Assembly (NCBI GenBank): GCA_963846575.1
Contig: CAWJWJ010000002.1
Coordinates: forward strand, 384,001-448,000
From: an uncultured Nitrospiraceae bacterium
Lineage (GTDB): Bacteria > Nitrospirota > Nitrospiria > Nitrospirales > Nitrospiraceae
Direction of reading: 5' to 3'
Length of the DNA stretch: 64,000 nt
Of this stretch, positions 1 to 11,200 are shown one piece after another (within the stretch, counting starts at the first letter, position 1; each line of letters starts with the position of its first letter). The notes below the pieces were generated by a model that saw nothing but the letters and a program-made list of their open reading frames with translations, was not told the DNA's origin and ran no database searches. The position numbers and the translations under genes are program-made.

Positions 1-376
1 AGAGCACCCGGCTTATGAGGTCGTCGGTCGAAGTACTGTCTGATTGACTCCATCGGCTGAACGTGTCCTGGGCGATCAGCTGAAAGGCCTCCGGTTCCGG
101 CGTTCCCAGCAATGTGCCGAGGGAGGCCAGGTATTCTCCCTGTCCACGGGCCAGATCTGTTTCCAGGTTCGGTGCATTGTAGGCCACAAACGCAGCAACT
201 GTGTGTTCGGGCTGAAGCAGGCCGTCCTCGTTCCACCAGACACGTCCTGACGTCGTCCCCGTAATATTCGAAGTGGTGTCGGTGGTTTGTTTAAAGGTGG
301 CCTTCACGGAACAGCCTGAGAGCAACATCACGAGGGAGACGCCGATCAAGGCCGTGAGGGTGTGACGAGGATTCAT
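1..376 (-). CDS. DUF3015-like lipoprotein (3' end runs off the window)
   Basis: Translated by hand: ATG 376 with AAGGAG RBS, MNPRHTLTALIGVSLVMLLSGC lipobox, and motif NLETDLARGQGEYLASLGTLL; no stop before base 1. Confidence 0.7.
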   Translation of the reverse strand, partial: MNPRHTLTALIGVSLVMLLSGCSVKATFKQTTDTTSNITGTTSGRVWWNEDGLLQPEHTVAAFVAYNAPNLETDLARGQGEYLASLGTLLGTPEPEAFQLIAQDTFSRWSQSDSTSTDDLISRVL

Positions 377-672
377 GGTCCGAAGCTCCTTTCGTGGGGC
401 AGACCTATCCACCCGACTCCGATGTGGCGCGACTATACCATAGTGGCAATGTCCGTGACCCTGGGGAAATACCGAGCGGAGGCGGGTGTCATCCCGTGGT
501 CGTGGCGCCGTCTCGTTGGCGCATGGCATCGTGAGGATGGCGATTGACAATCTTTCGGTGCCTGCGCACAATCGAGGAATAAAGCTGAAGAGGAGGGCAG
601 GGACGGGCAGTGGTTCAGATGAGCACACTAGTCCAGACCAGGATCCAATCGATATGGCAGGGAGGCCTGAGA

Positions 673-1113
673 ATGAAGACAGCGATGTTGCTAGGCATGA
701 TCACAGGGATGACGGTTGGGGCTGCGCCGGTGTGGGCGGAGTCGATTCCACTGAAGCCGGGTGAATATCAGATCACGGCCGTGACGGAAGCCAGCAATGG
801 AGAGACGGGCAAACCTGACAGTCATACCCGTTGTCTGAAAGACGAGCACCTGACCAATCCCGATGCCGTGTTCAATTATTATGTGAAGCAGGGATTCAAG
901 CCCAGACCGTCTAACAAGGTGACGAACGTGTCCATACAGGATGGAACGGTGAGTTATGACATCGAGGGGCCACATGCGATCACCCGCGTGGAAGGCACGG
1001 TCTCCAGTACCTCCTTCTCTGTGGTGCGCAAGGCGCAGCCCCCCTCAGGAAAAGGGGTATTGGTTACGATGAAGGTCGACGGGAAACGGACGGGGGAGTG
1101 CAAGCATAAATAA
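673..1113 (+). CDS. Secreted DUF3617-like protein
   Basis: GGAGG RBS, signal peptide ending VWA, LKPGEYQIT...RCL N-terminal motif and C-terminal GKRTGEC. Confidence 0.7.
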   Translation: MKTAMLLGMITGMTVGAAPVWAESIPLKPGEYQITAVTEASNGETGKPDSHTRCLKDEHLTNPDAVFNYYVKQGFKPRPSNKVTNVSIQDGTVSYDIEGPHAITRVEGTVSSTSFSVVRKAQPPSGKGVLVTMKVDGKRTGECKHK

Positions 1114-1157
1114 TCGAGTTCCGTGGCTCGGGGCCGCGTGTCATCAAAGCAGTGTGC

Positions 1158-1183
1158 CGGAGGCCGGGTTCGTCCGGCCTCCG
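1158..1183. terminator. GC-rich hairpin between convergent genes (candidate bidirectional terminator)
   Basis: CGGAGGCCGG-gTTCGt-CCGGCCTCCG, 10-bp stem; no clear U-tract. Confidence 0.45.
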
Positions 1184-1208
1184 CAGGTTCGCCGCCCGCC
1201 TCGTATCG

Positions 1209-2555
1209 TTAGTTCCCCCACAATCGCTGATACCACCTCTTCTCTTCTCCGTCCGGTCGTGACGCGAGATGCATGGTCCTGCGGATGTCGCCGATATTCC
1301 AGCCCGTCAGAGAAGCCAACATTTCGGCTTGCCGCTCATGGAGCTCGCGCAGCCGGTGCCGGTAGGCGGTGGCGGCGGCGCATGCATCCTGGCCGGTCCA
1401 GGGGTGCCGCACGATGTAGCGGGCCTGAAAGTTCCCACGATCGGATGTCTCCTGAAACATCAGATCGTCGGGAAAGTGCGCGGCGTCATAGCGGGCGTGC
1501 AGCCGGGTGAGAAACACAGGCTGCGCTCCGCCCATGCCCCCGGCTGAACGAGCGTCCCGCTCCTGCCAGAAGACGCCCAACCCCTTCAGTTCGTCGGCTG
1601 AGAGGGGATCCGCGGCACAGGGGTCGCACCAGTTCGTGTCCCAGGCATATTCGAGAAACAGGCCCCGCTGGTCCTCACGCTTCACCTGTTGAGTGAAGAG
1701 ATCCCGGTAGAAGTCGCCGAACTTCTCCTTCACGTAGAGGGGAATCTCCTGTGATTCCGGCAGCCGCACCGTCCGATAGTTCGTCGTTTCGACGCGGCCC
1801 TGCTTGGTCAAAAAATAGATGAAGAGCTCCTGAGGTCCCTCGGCGTTGACCGTGCCGAGGCGGATCGGCAGCATGAACTTTGGCGAGTCAAACGCGATCT
1901 GGAGTGGTCTCAACCGCGTCAGGCCGAGGGTCGCCTGCTCGCCAAGATTCACTTTTGCCACGAAGAATTTCATGCCCTGTTTGAGATAGCTCCGCAGAAC
2001 AGACGACGCTCCGCCCGGAGTACGGTAGCCGTTTTCAGCCAGCCAGGTTTCGAGCCCGCCGCTTTCCTTTGCCGACAGAATCAGAATGTCATATTCGCCG
2101 ACCGTATACTGGGCCTCGACGGTGACGCCTAAGGCACGGTCGCGTTCCGGTTTTCTGATGCTGGCCGGCGCCAGACTCTTCGCCCCGTCCATGCTGCGGC
2201 GCTCCATCATTTCGTCCCGCAGGCACGGATTCGCATCGAAATATTCCACCAGCCTCGGCGCGGAATAGTCAGCCAGATGCTTCAGCACCGCCGGATCCCC
2301 GACGTGAATCTGATCCTTCTCCAGCAGCGTCGGCACCGGCACCACCAGCGCGAATTCTTTTACCTCGCCCCTGAAATCGTTGGCCATCGTGATGACGGTT
2401 TTGTTGTCGTGACGTGCAATGGCCACTTCGGATGCCTTGTTGAACAGTTTCGTGTCGGCCTTGCCCACATAAAAGCCGCAGAAGGCCGAGGCTCCGCTGC
2501 TCCAGGCAAACAGGCTCACGAGGACAGCCAGGAAGGGAATGATCGTACGTTTCAT
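1209..2555 (-). CDS. DUF2330 domain secreted protein
   Basis: Signal peptide then AFCGFYV, VGEYDILILSA, FFVAKVN, MLPIRLG, EYAWD and CDPC motifs. Confidence 0.85.
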   Translation of the reverse strand: MKRTIIPFLAVLVSLFAWSSGASAFCGFYVGKADTKLFNKASEVAIARHDNKTVITMANDFRGEVKEFALVVPVPTLLEKDQIHVGDPAVLKHLADYSAPRLVEYFDANPCLRDEMMERRSMDGAKSLAPASIRKPERDRALGVTVEAQYTVGEYDILILSAKESGGLETWLAENGYRTPGGASSVLRSYLKQGMKFFVAKVNLGEQATLGLTRLRPLQIAFDSPKFMLPIRLGTVNAEGPQELFIYFLTKQGRVETTNYRTVRLPESQEIPLYVKEKFGDFYRDLFTQQVKREDQRGLFLEYAWDTNWCDPCAADPLSADELKGLGVFWQERDARSAGGMGGAQPVFLTRLHARYDAAHFPDDLMFQETSDRGNFQARYIVRHPWTGQDACAAATAYRHRLRELHERQAEMLASLTGWNIGDIRRTMHLASRPDGEEKRWYQRLWGN

Positions 2556-3460
2556 CAGAACCTCCTATGGTGGGGAACGGGTGGATAGGGGGAAGCGAAA
2601 AGGGAACGGGCCGACATCGTCGTCGATCGGGAGTTCAGGTCATGCAGGTGCCATTCGAAGCGAATGCCGGGAAAGAGGCGATCAAGGACCGGCACGAGCG
2701 GCGCACAGGCCATCAGTCCCCAGAGCGGGCCATTGGGGCGGAACAGACCGAATTGTACAGAGAGGGCAGCGAGCGCGATGATCAGCGCATAGGCGATCCG
2801 GCCGCTCCTGGAATCCGGCGTCGTCTTCGGATCCGAGAGCATGAAGAAGGCAAAAATGAGCAGTGCGCCGCTTTCAATCTGATGAAGCGGAATTGCCAGC
2901 GGATCGCCGAGCCACAGCGCCCGTGCGAGCTGCAAGCCGACATAGAAGCACAGAAATGCCACCGTGACGTCGGCTCGTTCGGCCCGGGTGACCACGAGAC
3001 TGCCGAGGCAAGCGACCAGAAACCCGAACCAGGCAACCTGTCCCCACTGTCCCGCCGAGATCCACCCAAGTCCGCTTGCGAGCATGACGGCCAGCGCGAA
3101 GTTGGTTGGATGGAACAGGTGCTTGTGACGCCAGCGGAACAGAAATTTGCTGCCGATGGCCATGAACGAGGCGAGCGCGGCGACCATGAGCTGGTCGGTG
3201 CGAAGCAGCAGGCAGAGGGATACGGCCGAGATGAGCGGACTCCGGGGATCGAAGGAGAGCAGGTTATAGGCGCGCGTTCCTGCATATTGCGTCAGGAGCG
3301 CCGTGCCGAGCGTGATGGCAATTTGCCAGGGCGACACATCGAAGTCCAGCCACAACAGGCCATAGAGGAGCAGGGCGCTGAGGCTCGCGAGTTGGTAGAG
3401 GCGGGGATCGAATGATTTCGCGGGCTTCGTTGGCCGGGACGGCTCGTTCTCTTGCGCCAT
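2555..3460 (-). CDS. NqrB/RnfD-like integral membrane protein (stand-alone)
   Basis: Multi-TM; SKF..R...KHLFHPTNF and FAFFMLSDPKTTP motifs; abuts the DUF2330 gene. Confidence 0.75.
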   Translation of the reverse strand: MAQENEPSRPTKPAKSFDPRLYQLASLSALLLYGLLWLDFDVSPWQIAITLGTALLTQYAGTRAYNLLSFDPRSPLISAVSLCLLLRTDQLMVAALASFMAIGSKFLFRWRHKHLFHPTNFALAVMLASGLGWISAGQWGQVAWFGFLVACLGSLVVTRAERADVTVAFLCFYVGLQLARALWLGDPLAIPLHQIESGALLIFAFFMLSDPKTTPDSRSGRIAYALIIALAALSVQFGLFRPNGPLWGLMACAPLVPVLDRLFPGIRFEWHLHDLNSRSTTMSARSLFASPYPPVPHHRRF

Positions 3461-3956
3461 GGCATCCTCCGTTCACAGGAGGATATGGTGCGAGGAGGAG
3501 AATCCTTTCAGAGGGGGAGGGGTGGGCCAGGAGGCCGGCGTAGCTTCGGTGCTCGCCGCCCGCGCGCCCTTCAACGGGCAGATCTTTACGGCAAGGGGGA
3601 TGCTCGGTCGAGGCGCGCGGTAAGGCCCATGCCGGTCCCCTCGCTGGATTGGGGTGGAAAGGGGAAGGGCCGAACGCAGGAATTGGTCCACCGGCCCCTT
3701 GGGTTTCAGCTGGACACTTGAGTTGCCCATGCGACCCGGTGTGCGGTACTTTCGTTATGTTTTACCGTTCCCCCATCCGGCCGGTTCCCACTGAGCTGTC
3801 CCTGTGTCGAGTCAGGCAGTCATGCGTTGGGCGGGAGTGGCCTGCGGACATCGTGGGAGCTACGTTGTCAGCAGTCACCCCACGATGTGAGGACTGTGAC
3901 CGGGGCTTGTCAGGATTGTGTGAGTTGTCGCGTCGTGGACTGCACAAGGATATGGA

Positions 3957-4340
3957 ATGCATCACCACAAACGCATCACCCGCTATCTATTCGGTGCCTT
4001 GTTTGTCGCGGCGGGAACCAACCATTTCCTTAACTGGCCGTTTTACGTGAGCATCATGCCGCCGTATCTGCCGTGGCAGGTCGAATTGGTCTACCTCAGC
4101 GGCGTGGCGGAAATTGGTTTGGGCGGGCTGCTGCTATTCGAGCGATGGTCCCGGGTGGCGGCCTGGGGACTGATGGCGTTGCTGATCGCTGTGTTCCCGG
4201 CGAATGTTCACATGACCCTGCATCCCGAAAAATACCCATGGGCATCGCCCGTCCTGCTCTTCCTCCGGCTTCCCCTTCAAGGGCTGCTCATCGGCTGGGC
4301 TTACTGGTACACGAGACCGGAGCCGGAGAGAGGGGAGTGA
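3957..4340 (+). CDS. DoxX-like small membrane protein
   Basis: AGTNHF, MPPYLP, SGVAEI, AVFPANVHM and LRLPLQ motifs. Confidence 0.8.
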   Translation: MHHHKRITRYLFGALFVAAGTNHFLNWPFYVSIMPPYLPWQVELVYLSGVAEIGLGGLLLFERWSRVAAWGLMALLIAVFPANVHMTLHPEKYPWASPVLLFLRLPLQGLLIGWAYWYTRPEPERGE

Positions 4341-4533
4341 CGCTTTCCGTCGCCGGGTGCGTTCGAATTCCGAACCGCTCACCGGCGGGTTGGGAAAGAT
4401 TGCAGAAAGTGATGAATTTGAAATGACAGGTCGGCTCGGTTACCCTGTGTGAACTGATAGGTTGGCTTGCTTGTCCATCTGAATTTGAGAGTGAGAGAGT
4501 CTGATTCACCTCGTAGGAGGGTGGTGCACGGTC

Positions 4534-4950
4534 ATGGATAGGTCGCCCGCCAGACAGCGTCGACAGGGTGCCCTGCTTCTAACGGCAGTCCTCCTTCTCT
4601 CCGCTTGCTCCGAACGATCCACCCCGAGTGAACCGCCCCCTCAGGCAGCCGCGGAATCTGCGGTCGGATTCGTCAACCGTGTCTGGACGGTCAGCCAGTC
4701 GTCCAGCGTGACGCCAGGGACGCTCTATGTCTTCTTGTCCGACGGCACCCTGGTGATCACGTCTCCACATGATAAGCCGGCGCTCGGAATCTGGAGAGAT
4801 GAAACAGGGGTCTTGACCATGGTGGAACAGGGGCTGCCCTACCAGGTGGATGTGCTGAGCCTGAGCCAGGACGAGTTCAAAATCAGAAGTCACAATCCCG
4901 GGCAACCCGCGGAGATCACGCTCATCCCTGCCGAAAGACCCGCCCGCTGA
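4534..4950 (+). CDS. Hypothetical lipoprotein
   Basis: GGAGG upstream; lipobox LSAC. Confidence 0.65.
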   Translation: MDRSPARQRRQGALLLTAVLLLSACSERSTPSEPPPQAAAESAVGFVNRVWTVSQSSSVTPGTLYVFLSDGTLVITSPHDKPALGIWRDETGVLTMVEQGLPYQVDVLSLSQDEFKIRSHNPGQPAEITLIPAERPAR

Positions 4951-5109
4951 TGGGAGGGTCGCGCGGATGACCTGGACGTACGGGACCGCGCGGAACCGTA
5001 TCGCGTGACGATCTGGCGCACTCGCCGGGCCTCGGGATCCGTTGGTTGGCTCGCCGCAGTGCGTTCTCTTGGGTGGCGCGTTTGCGATCGGTTGCGGAAG
5101 GAAGCCCTG

Positions 5110-6426
5110 TTACCGGTTGAGCGGAATCTCCACTGCGATCTGGCTCGTTGGCGATGACTCCGGGCTCACCACGTAGGTTGCTTGCTCCGGGCGGGTTGCA
5201 GTGGCGGGAGACACCGCTTCCGTAATGAGATTCGTGGAGAAGCGATCGAGCATGCCGACTTCCTGCATCGTCAGGGGGGCAAACGGCTTCGGAGACAGGC
5301 GGATCGTCAGACTGAGCAGACCGCCCTCCGCCGGTGGGGGCAACGGGATCTCGGTTCGTTTTCCAGCCGCGATCTTGAGGGAGATTTTCCCGGTCTCCTG
5401 CGGAGGCCACCAGAGTCGGGTGCCGGCAGCGCCAAGGTTTTGAAGGAGTTGAAGGAAGGCGTCCTGACTGGCTTCAACACTGATCCGCACCGGGCCTGAA
5501 CTCTTCACGGCTGTGACTGGGTCCACTTCTCTCGGCTGCCCATCCTGTCCCTGAATGACGAAGCTATACCGTAAGCCTAAGGGCCTGGTTGGTGCAGTCG
5601 CTCCGGATTTGTTTGCGTCCGCAAATCGTTCCCGCTTCGCTTCAGGACGACGGGCCTGTGATGTCGACTCCGACGGGGTCTGCAGCGCTCGGTCCTGGGC
5701 TGCCTTTGATGCCGCTTCGACATTCGGCGCCTCCCCATAGAACAACGCGCGTGCACTGAGGGGTGGCGTGATAATGCTGTCGGCGGAAGTGCCGGCGGGA
5801 GCCTGCAGGCTCTTGGACGCCGTAGCGGTGGCTGACGGCGCCGGACGTTTTCCGGCGCTCCTTCCGGCTTCATCTCGTTCGGCTCGCTGCTCGCGGGATG
5901 TAGAGGGTGTCACAGGTTTCCTGCTGTCGGCGGACTTGTCGGTACGCGCATCGTGTTCCGATGGCGCATCAGCGGAGTCCGGACTCGTCGTCCGATTGAC
6001 CCGGAGTTCGGCGTCGGAGACCTTTTCCGCCGGGGATGCTTGCGGCCCGGGAGCATGAGCCTTTTCGGTAGCCACCGGTTGCGCGGCCCGATCGAGAGTC
6101 TCCAGGTAGATTTTCGTTCCGAAGGCGACGGCCACAATGGCCACGGCGACACCGCCTGCCAACGCGAGCCCTGCGGGCCGCCTGATCCAGTTCCACCAGG
6201 AGCTGGACCCCCCCGCATCTGAGGGGACGGGTTTCTGCAAGGCCTGCAGCAGTCTGCGCCGCACGAGCGGGTCGGCCAATAGCTCCTTGAGCGCCTGTTC
6301 GTCGGCCATGGCATTGAACAGCTGTTGGTCCTGCATGGCGGCCGTATAGAGCCGGATGCGTTCCTCCGGCATCAAGGTATCGGCGGCGAATCCGCCCAGC
6401 AGCTTTTCCAGGTCATGTTCGGACAT
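5110..6426 (-). CDS. Putative anti-sigma factor, single TM, low-complexity linker, C-terminal DUF4384-like domain
   Basis: Directly downstream of the ECF sigma gene; N-terminus LLGGFAADTL..EER, one TM, C-terminal LGLRYSFV beta domain. Confidence 0.6.
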   Translation of the reverse strand: MSEHDLEKLLGGFAADTLMPEERIRLYTAAMQDQQLFNAMADEQALKELLADPLVRRRLLQALQKPVPSDAGGSSSWWNWIRRPAGLALAGGVAVAIVAVAFGTKIYLETLDRAAQPVATEKAHAPGPQASPAEKVSDAELRVNRTTSPDSADAPSEHDARTDKSADSRKPVTPSTSREQRAERDEAGRSAGKRPAPSATATASKSLQAPAGTSADSIITPPLSARALFYGEAPNVEAASKAAQDRALQTPSESTSQARRPEAKRERFADANKSGATAPTRPLGLRYSFVIQGQDGQPREVDPVTAVKSSGPVRISVEASQDAFLQLLQNLGAAGTRLWWPPQETGKISLKIAAGKRTEIPLPPPAEGGLLSLTIRLSPKPFAPLTMQEVGMLDRFSTNLITEAVSPATATRPEQATYVVSPESSPTSQIAVEIPLNR

Positions 6427-6506
6427 GAGGCTCCATCGGTTGCGTGCGCATCTGATCGGTCAAAGATGCAAGGTTCAGGTGCCGGTTCTAGTTGAACATC
6501 CGACGT

Positions 6507-7004
6507 CTAGTTCCAGCTTCCACCCATCAGCTCGAGTAACTGCCTCCGACAGCGCAGGTCCCACGTGTAGATCGTGTTGATCGATGGCTGTCCGAGTGTC
6601 CTTTGAATGGCTGGAAAGCTCTGACCCTCCAGCTTCAGTCTGAACAGTTCGCGACAACGCTCGCCCAGCTGAGCCACCGCTTTCAAAAGCCTGTCCACCC
6701 GTTGCTTCTGATCCAGTTGTCCGGCGGGGTCGTCTCCGGGATGCGCGAGCGGATGGTCTTCGATCGGCTCTTGATTATACTCGCCTCGACGCAGCGACTT
6801 CCGATGGGCGTCCAGCATTTTGAAACGCAGCACCTGAAAGGCCAGCGGAACCAACTCGGTGAGTTCGGCGACGTTCGCATACTTCTCATGCAAGAGCGTC
6901 AACACGTCCTGGGTCAGATCTTCGGCAGCGTCTCTTCTCAATCGTAATGTGGCGAAGGCCAGGACCCTTTCGCGCAGTTGGATGAGTATCTGATCCCGGT
7001 CCAT
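6507..7004 (-). CDS. ECF RNA polymerase sigma-70 factor
   Basis: Region 2 DAAEDLTQD; region 4 LGERCRELFRLK...TIYTWDLRCRRQL. Confidence 0.85.
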   Translation of the reverse strand: MDRDQILIQLRERVLAFATLRLRRDAAEDLTQDVLTLLHEKYANVAELTELVPLAFQVLRFKMLDAHRKSLRRGEYNQEPIEDHPLAHPGDDPAGQLDQKQRVDRLLKAVAQLGERCRELFRLKLEGQSFPAIQRTLGQPSINTIYTWDLRCRRQLLELMGGSWN

Positions 7005-7194
7005 AGGTCAAACGTAGAAGGTTGACGACGGTCGTTGTGAAGGTGTGGAGCCTAGGCGTATCTGAATGCCCGGACAAGCATAACACAGGATAGAGCAGCG
7101 TCGCGCCCACGGGCGCGTCGAGAAACGTACCCTGCGTTCGACATCCCGAGCGTGTCCCCGAGTGAGGCCTCGATTCTGGCCGTCACCGGATCTG

Positions 7195-8196
7195 TTAACC
7201 GCCCCGCGGGAGTGTCTCTGGGGAATGAGACGAGAGGACTTCCCCGATTGAGCGGAAGGAAAGCCCCAATCCTCGACAGACCTCCACCTGCCGGTCGAAG
7301 CGATTGGTGGTGCGGATCATTCTTCCCAGCGCCCGCAGTCCGACCCGCCCCCAGGCTGCGAGATGGAATACCGACAGCGGGTAGTCGGTCCCGAACAGCA
7401 GCCGGTCCTGGAGGTCCGGGTGATGTCTGAGATGCAGCAACATGCCCAGGCGGTTGGGCAACGTGAGTGCGGAAATGTCGGCGTAGAAATTTGGATACTG
7501 CTGTGCCAGGTCTCGAAAGGTCGGCAGGAACTTCTCGTAGAGAATCAGGCCATAGCTGCAGGCATGGGCGGCAATGACGGTTGCGCCTTCATCGAGGGCG
7601 GTACGGAGCCGGTCGGGCTCGCCGACGGACTGGTCCTTTCCGATGAGACTGAATTCATAGCCGACATGACTCAACAACGGCAGCTTCCGCTCTGCCAGGG
7701 CGCGATAAAACGGTCTGTATCGCAAATCGGCCGGATTGAACTGCTGCGCATTGGGCAGAACTTTTATGAGAACGGCACCGGCGTCGGCGCAACGATGGAC
7801 CTCATCGATCGCATCGGCCCGCTGCGGATTGATCGAAGGACCGGGCAGAAACAGGTCCGGATAGGCCCGGACGGTCTTCAAGACATAGTCGTTGCTGATG
7901 AGAAACTCCGTATGGGCACGATTCAGCAGGCCGGTCCGGTCGTAGAATCCGTCCATGCCGAGGAGGACGGCTTTCTGCACATGGCGCGAGGCCCGAAGCT
8001 CCGTGACGAGATGTTCGAGATATTTGCGATTGGCTTCGCGGGGATGAGCCGGTGAGAGGTCTTGTTTCCATAACAGAAACCGGAATAACGGACTCTTGAG
8101 CAGTTTCGGCGAGATGAAACAGCCATTGTCGCCATCCGGCAGAGCCGCCAGGTGCACATGACAGTCGATCAACGACTTGTTGTCTGCTGCGCTCAT
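7195..8196 (-). CDS. Amidohydrolase_2 family metallohydrolase
   Basis: IDCHVH, IAAH, YADISAL and LLFGTDYP motifs; start at MSAADNK. Confidence 0.85.
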   Translation of the reverse strand: MSAADNKSLIDCHVHLAALPDGDNGCFISPKLLKSPLFRFLLWKQDLSPAHPREANRKYLEHLVTELRASRHVQKAVLLGMDGFYDRTGLLNRAHTEFLISNDYVLKTVRAYPDLFLPGPSINPQRADAIDEVHRCADAGAVLIKVLPNAQQFNPADLRYRPFYRALAERKLPLLSHVGYEFSLIGKDQSVGEPDRLRTALDEGATVIAAHACSYGLILYEKFLPTFRDLAQQYPNFYADISALTLPNRLGMLLHLRHHPDLQDRLLFGTDYPLSVFHLAAWGRVGLRALGRMIRTTNRFDRQVEVCRGLGLSFRSIGEVLSSHSPETLPRGG

Positions 8197-8215
8197 TGCT
8201 GTGAAGCAAGGCCGG

Positions 8216-11200
8216 TCACGATCCCGGCTCTCCCAATCGTTCCGTGGCGATGCGTTTGAGAGCCCTGAGGTCCAGCTTGCCCGTCCCCAGCACCGGTAAT
8301 GCATCGACCTTGATGAAGTGGCTGCGGGACGGCATGAACAGATTCGGCAGCCCGCTTGCCGCGACTTTGGTGATGATTTGCGCGATCCGTTGTTCATCGA
8401 GCGTGTGGAGCACCGCAAGCTGCTCACCCCGGCGATCGTCAGGCACCCCGGTGACGGCACAGATTTGCAGCTCCTCCCCCGACGCCTGTTGAAAGGCCTC
8501 CTCCACCTGACGATGGGGCACCATTTCTCCCCCGATCTTGGAGAAACGCGACAGGCGGTCCGTAATGGTCAGAAAGCCGTCATCGTCGAGGGTGGCGATA
8601 TCACCGGTAATGTACCAACCGTCGCGCATGGCCTGCGCCGTCAGGTCTTCGCGCCCCAGATATCCGATCATCACGTTCGGTCCCTGGACAAGCAACATTC
8701 CGGCTGTGCCTGGTGGCAGCCCAACGAAGGTCTCCGGGTCGACGATGCGGACGGAGACGCCCGGCAGCGGCCTGCCGACGGTCCCCCGACGAGAGGCAGG
8801 TTGAAAAAATCCGGCCGCCCGGAAGTCAGGGCAGTTCACGGCTATGACCGGCGCGCATTCCGTGACCCCATACCCTTCGATCGGGACGATGCCGAAGCGG
8901 TCTTCGAACGACTGGCAGAGACGGAGGGGTAGTTTTTCCGCTCCCGTGAGGACCACCCGCAAGGAGCTGAACTGCTCCGGAGTGCAGCGTCGCTGGTAAA
9001 GTTGCAGAAACGTCGGGGTACAGACCAGGAAGGTGAGGCGATGCCGGGCGCAGAGTTCACCGATCGCCGTCACGTCGAGGGGCGAGGGATGAAACACAAT
9101 GGCGGCGCCATTGAGCGTCACGTACCAAAACACGAGATTCCCGAACGAATGGAACAGCGGGAGGATTCCGAGAATCCGATCCTTCGCATCCAGGGGGAGG
9201 ACTTGCGATACGGCTTGCACGTTCGCATCGATATTGAAATGCGAGAGCATCACGCCCTTCGGCTCACCGGTGCTGCCGCTGCTGAAAATGACGGTGGCGA
9301 GATGATCCATCGTGACGCGGGTCTGTTGTCCGCAGGCGGATTCCAGGAGCCGAACCGGAGCCAGGATGGCCAACGCGGCCGCCGCAGCTTTCTGTGAGCC
9401 GCCGATGGTATGGGCAATGTCCTCCAGCCACAGAATGGTCGGACCGTCCGGGAGATCGAGCTTGGCCTTCTCCACGAACTTCCGGCTGGTGACGATGGTG
9501 CGAAGCTTCGCCTGTCTGACGGCCGACTCGAGGCCCTGTTTGCCGACGGTGTAGTTGAGATTCACGGTCGTGTGTCCGGCCAGGGTGGCGGCGACGTTCG
9601 TCAAGGCTCCTGCGACAGTCGGTGGCAGGAGGAGGCCCACACATTCCTGCTCCCGCCAGTGAGTCTTCAGCGCCCGGGCGAGGGCGATGGCGCCGATGAG
9701 GGCCTGCAGGCAGGTGACATGCGGTCTCGTCACGTCGGCCATCACCAGACGGAACGGATGACGACGCATGGATGTGACGAAGGCCCTGTGCAGGGGGCGT
9801 CGATCTGGTTTTCGTAGTTCCCAGGCCGCCTCGCCAAGTCCCAACACGAGCCGGCGGAGCTCGTGCGCGGGGGTGGTCGAGGGAACGGGTGAACCAAACG
9901 AGACGGTGACAGGATAGGGAATGCGTTCCGGCCACTTCGTCAGGAACCGGCCGCCGACAAAACTGAAGATGCTTCCCCAGACGCGGTCCAGATGAACCGG
10001 AACGATAGGGACGTCGCGGCCTTTTACGATCCGCTCGAATCCGCGACGGAACGGTAGCAGATTGCCGGTGCGGGTGATTTGGCCTTCGGGAAAGATGCAG
10101 ACGAGGTCTCCCGCGTCGAGGGCGTCGCCCGCCTGGCGCAAGGCCTTCAATATGACGCGGGGGCCGAGGGACGACGAGATGGGGATGACGTGCAGAACCT
10201 CCATGAATGGTTTGAACAGAGGATGGTTGACGTATTCCGCGTCGACGACGAACCGGATGGGGCGGTCCAGACTGGCGATCAGAAGAAATCCGTCGATGAA
10301 GGAAATGTGATTCGGGACCAACAGGGCGCCGCCGGTCACCGGCACATGTTCGTGCCCGACGATGCGGAGCCGATAGAGGGTATTGGTCAACAGGACGAGC
10401 ATCAACCGGAGAAAGGTTTCGGGCATGAGCCACATCGCCCATGCGGTACCGAGCGTCGTGGCCAACGCAGTGGCGAGGAAAATGCCGACGGTCGAGAGGC
10501 CGACATTGGCCAGGAGGCCCCCGCTCAGCGAGCCCAGCAGAATGCCGGTGAACACACAAATGTTCTCGAGGGCGATGACCGAACCTCGTCGATCGTGAGG
10601 GGCGCGCCACTGGATCAAGGCATTGATCGGAATGAAGATGAGCGCGCTCGACATGCCCAAGGCGATCATCAACGCCAGGGTGCCGCTGAACGGCGGGACC
10701 CACCAGCCGAGAATCAAGAGGAACAGGGCGACCCCGGACGCGCCGAGCGGGACCAACCCGTATTCCACGTGCGATCGGGAGAGGCGACCCACGATAAGGG
10801 CACCCAGGCCGATGCCCACGGAGATCATGGCCGAGGGCACGGTCGCCAGCGCATCCGAGAGGCCGAGCACGGCCTTCGCATAGACCAGCACGTTCTGCAC
10901 GACCAGGCTGGCGATGGTCCAGAAAAAGACCGCCCCGGTGATGGCGAGACGTAGCAGGCGATCGGCACGCAAGGCGGACAGGGCTCCGCGCAAGGTGTCG
11001 AAGAGGCCGCCGCTCGCCCGTGCGGCGGGAACCGTCGGCACCGCCAAGGCCGCCGCTAATCCGACCACTGTCAGGCCGGTTAATATGAGCGGCGCCAGCC
11101 AGGGCATGTCTCCCGCTCCGGCCAATAAAAATCCGCCGGCCGTCGTGCCAGTGAGAATCGCGAGGAACGTGAACAGTTCCAGAACACTGTTGCCCTGCGC

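Noticed and set aside
3848..3888. 10-bp inverted repeat ACATCGTGGG/CCCACGATGT in a divergent intergenic region
   Set aside because: No recognisable RNA family or second copy; cannot assign a role
9264..10703. Long alternative-frame or antisense ORFs (also 19821-21137, 45242-46312, 52555-53364, 56564-57661)
   Set aside because: Overlap well-supported genes; Arg/Pro/Gly-rich composition typical of high-GC shadow frames
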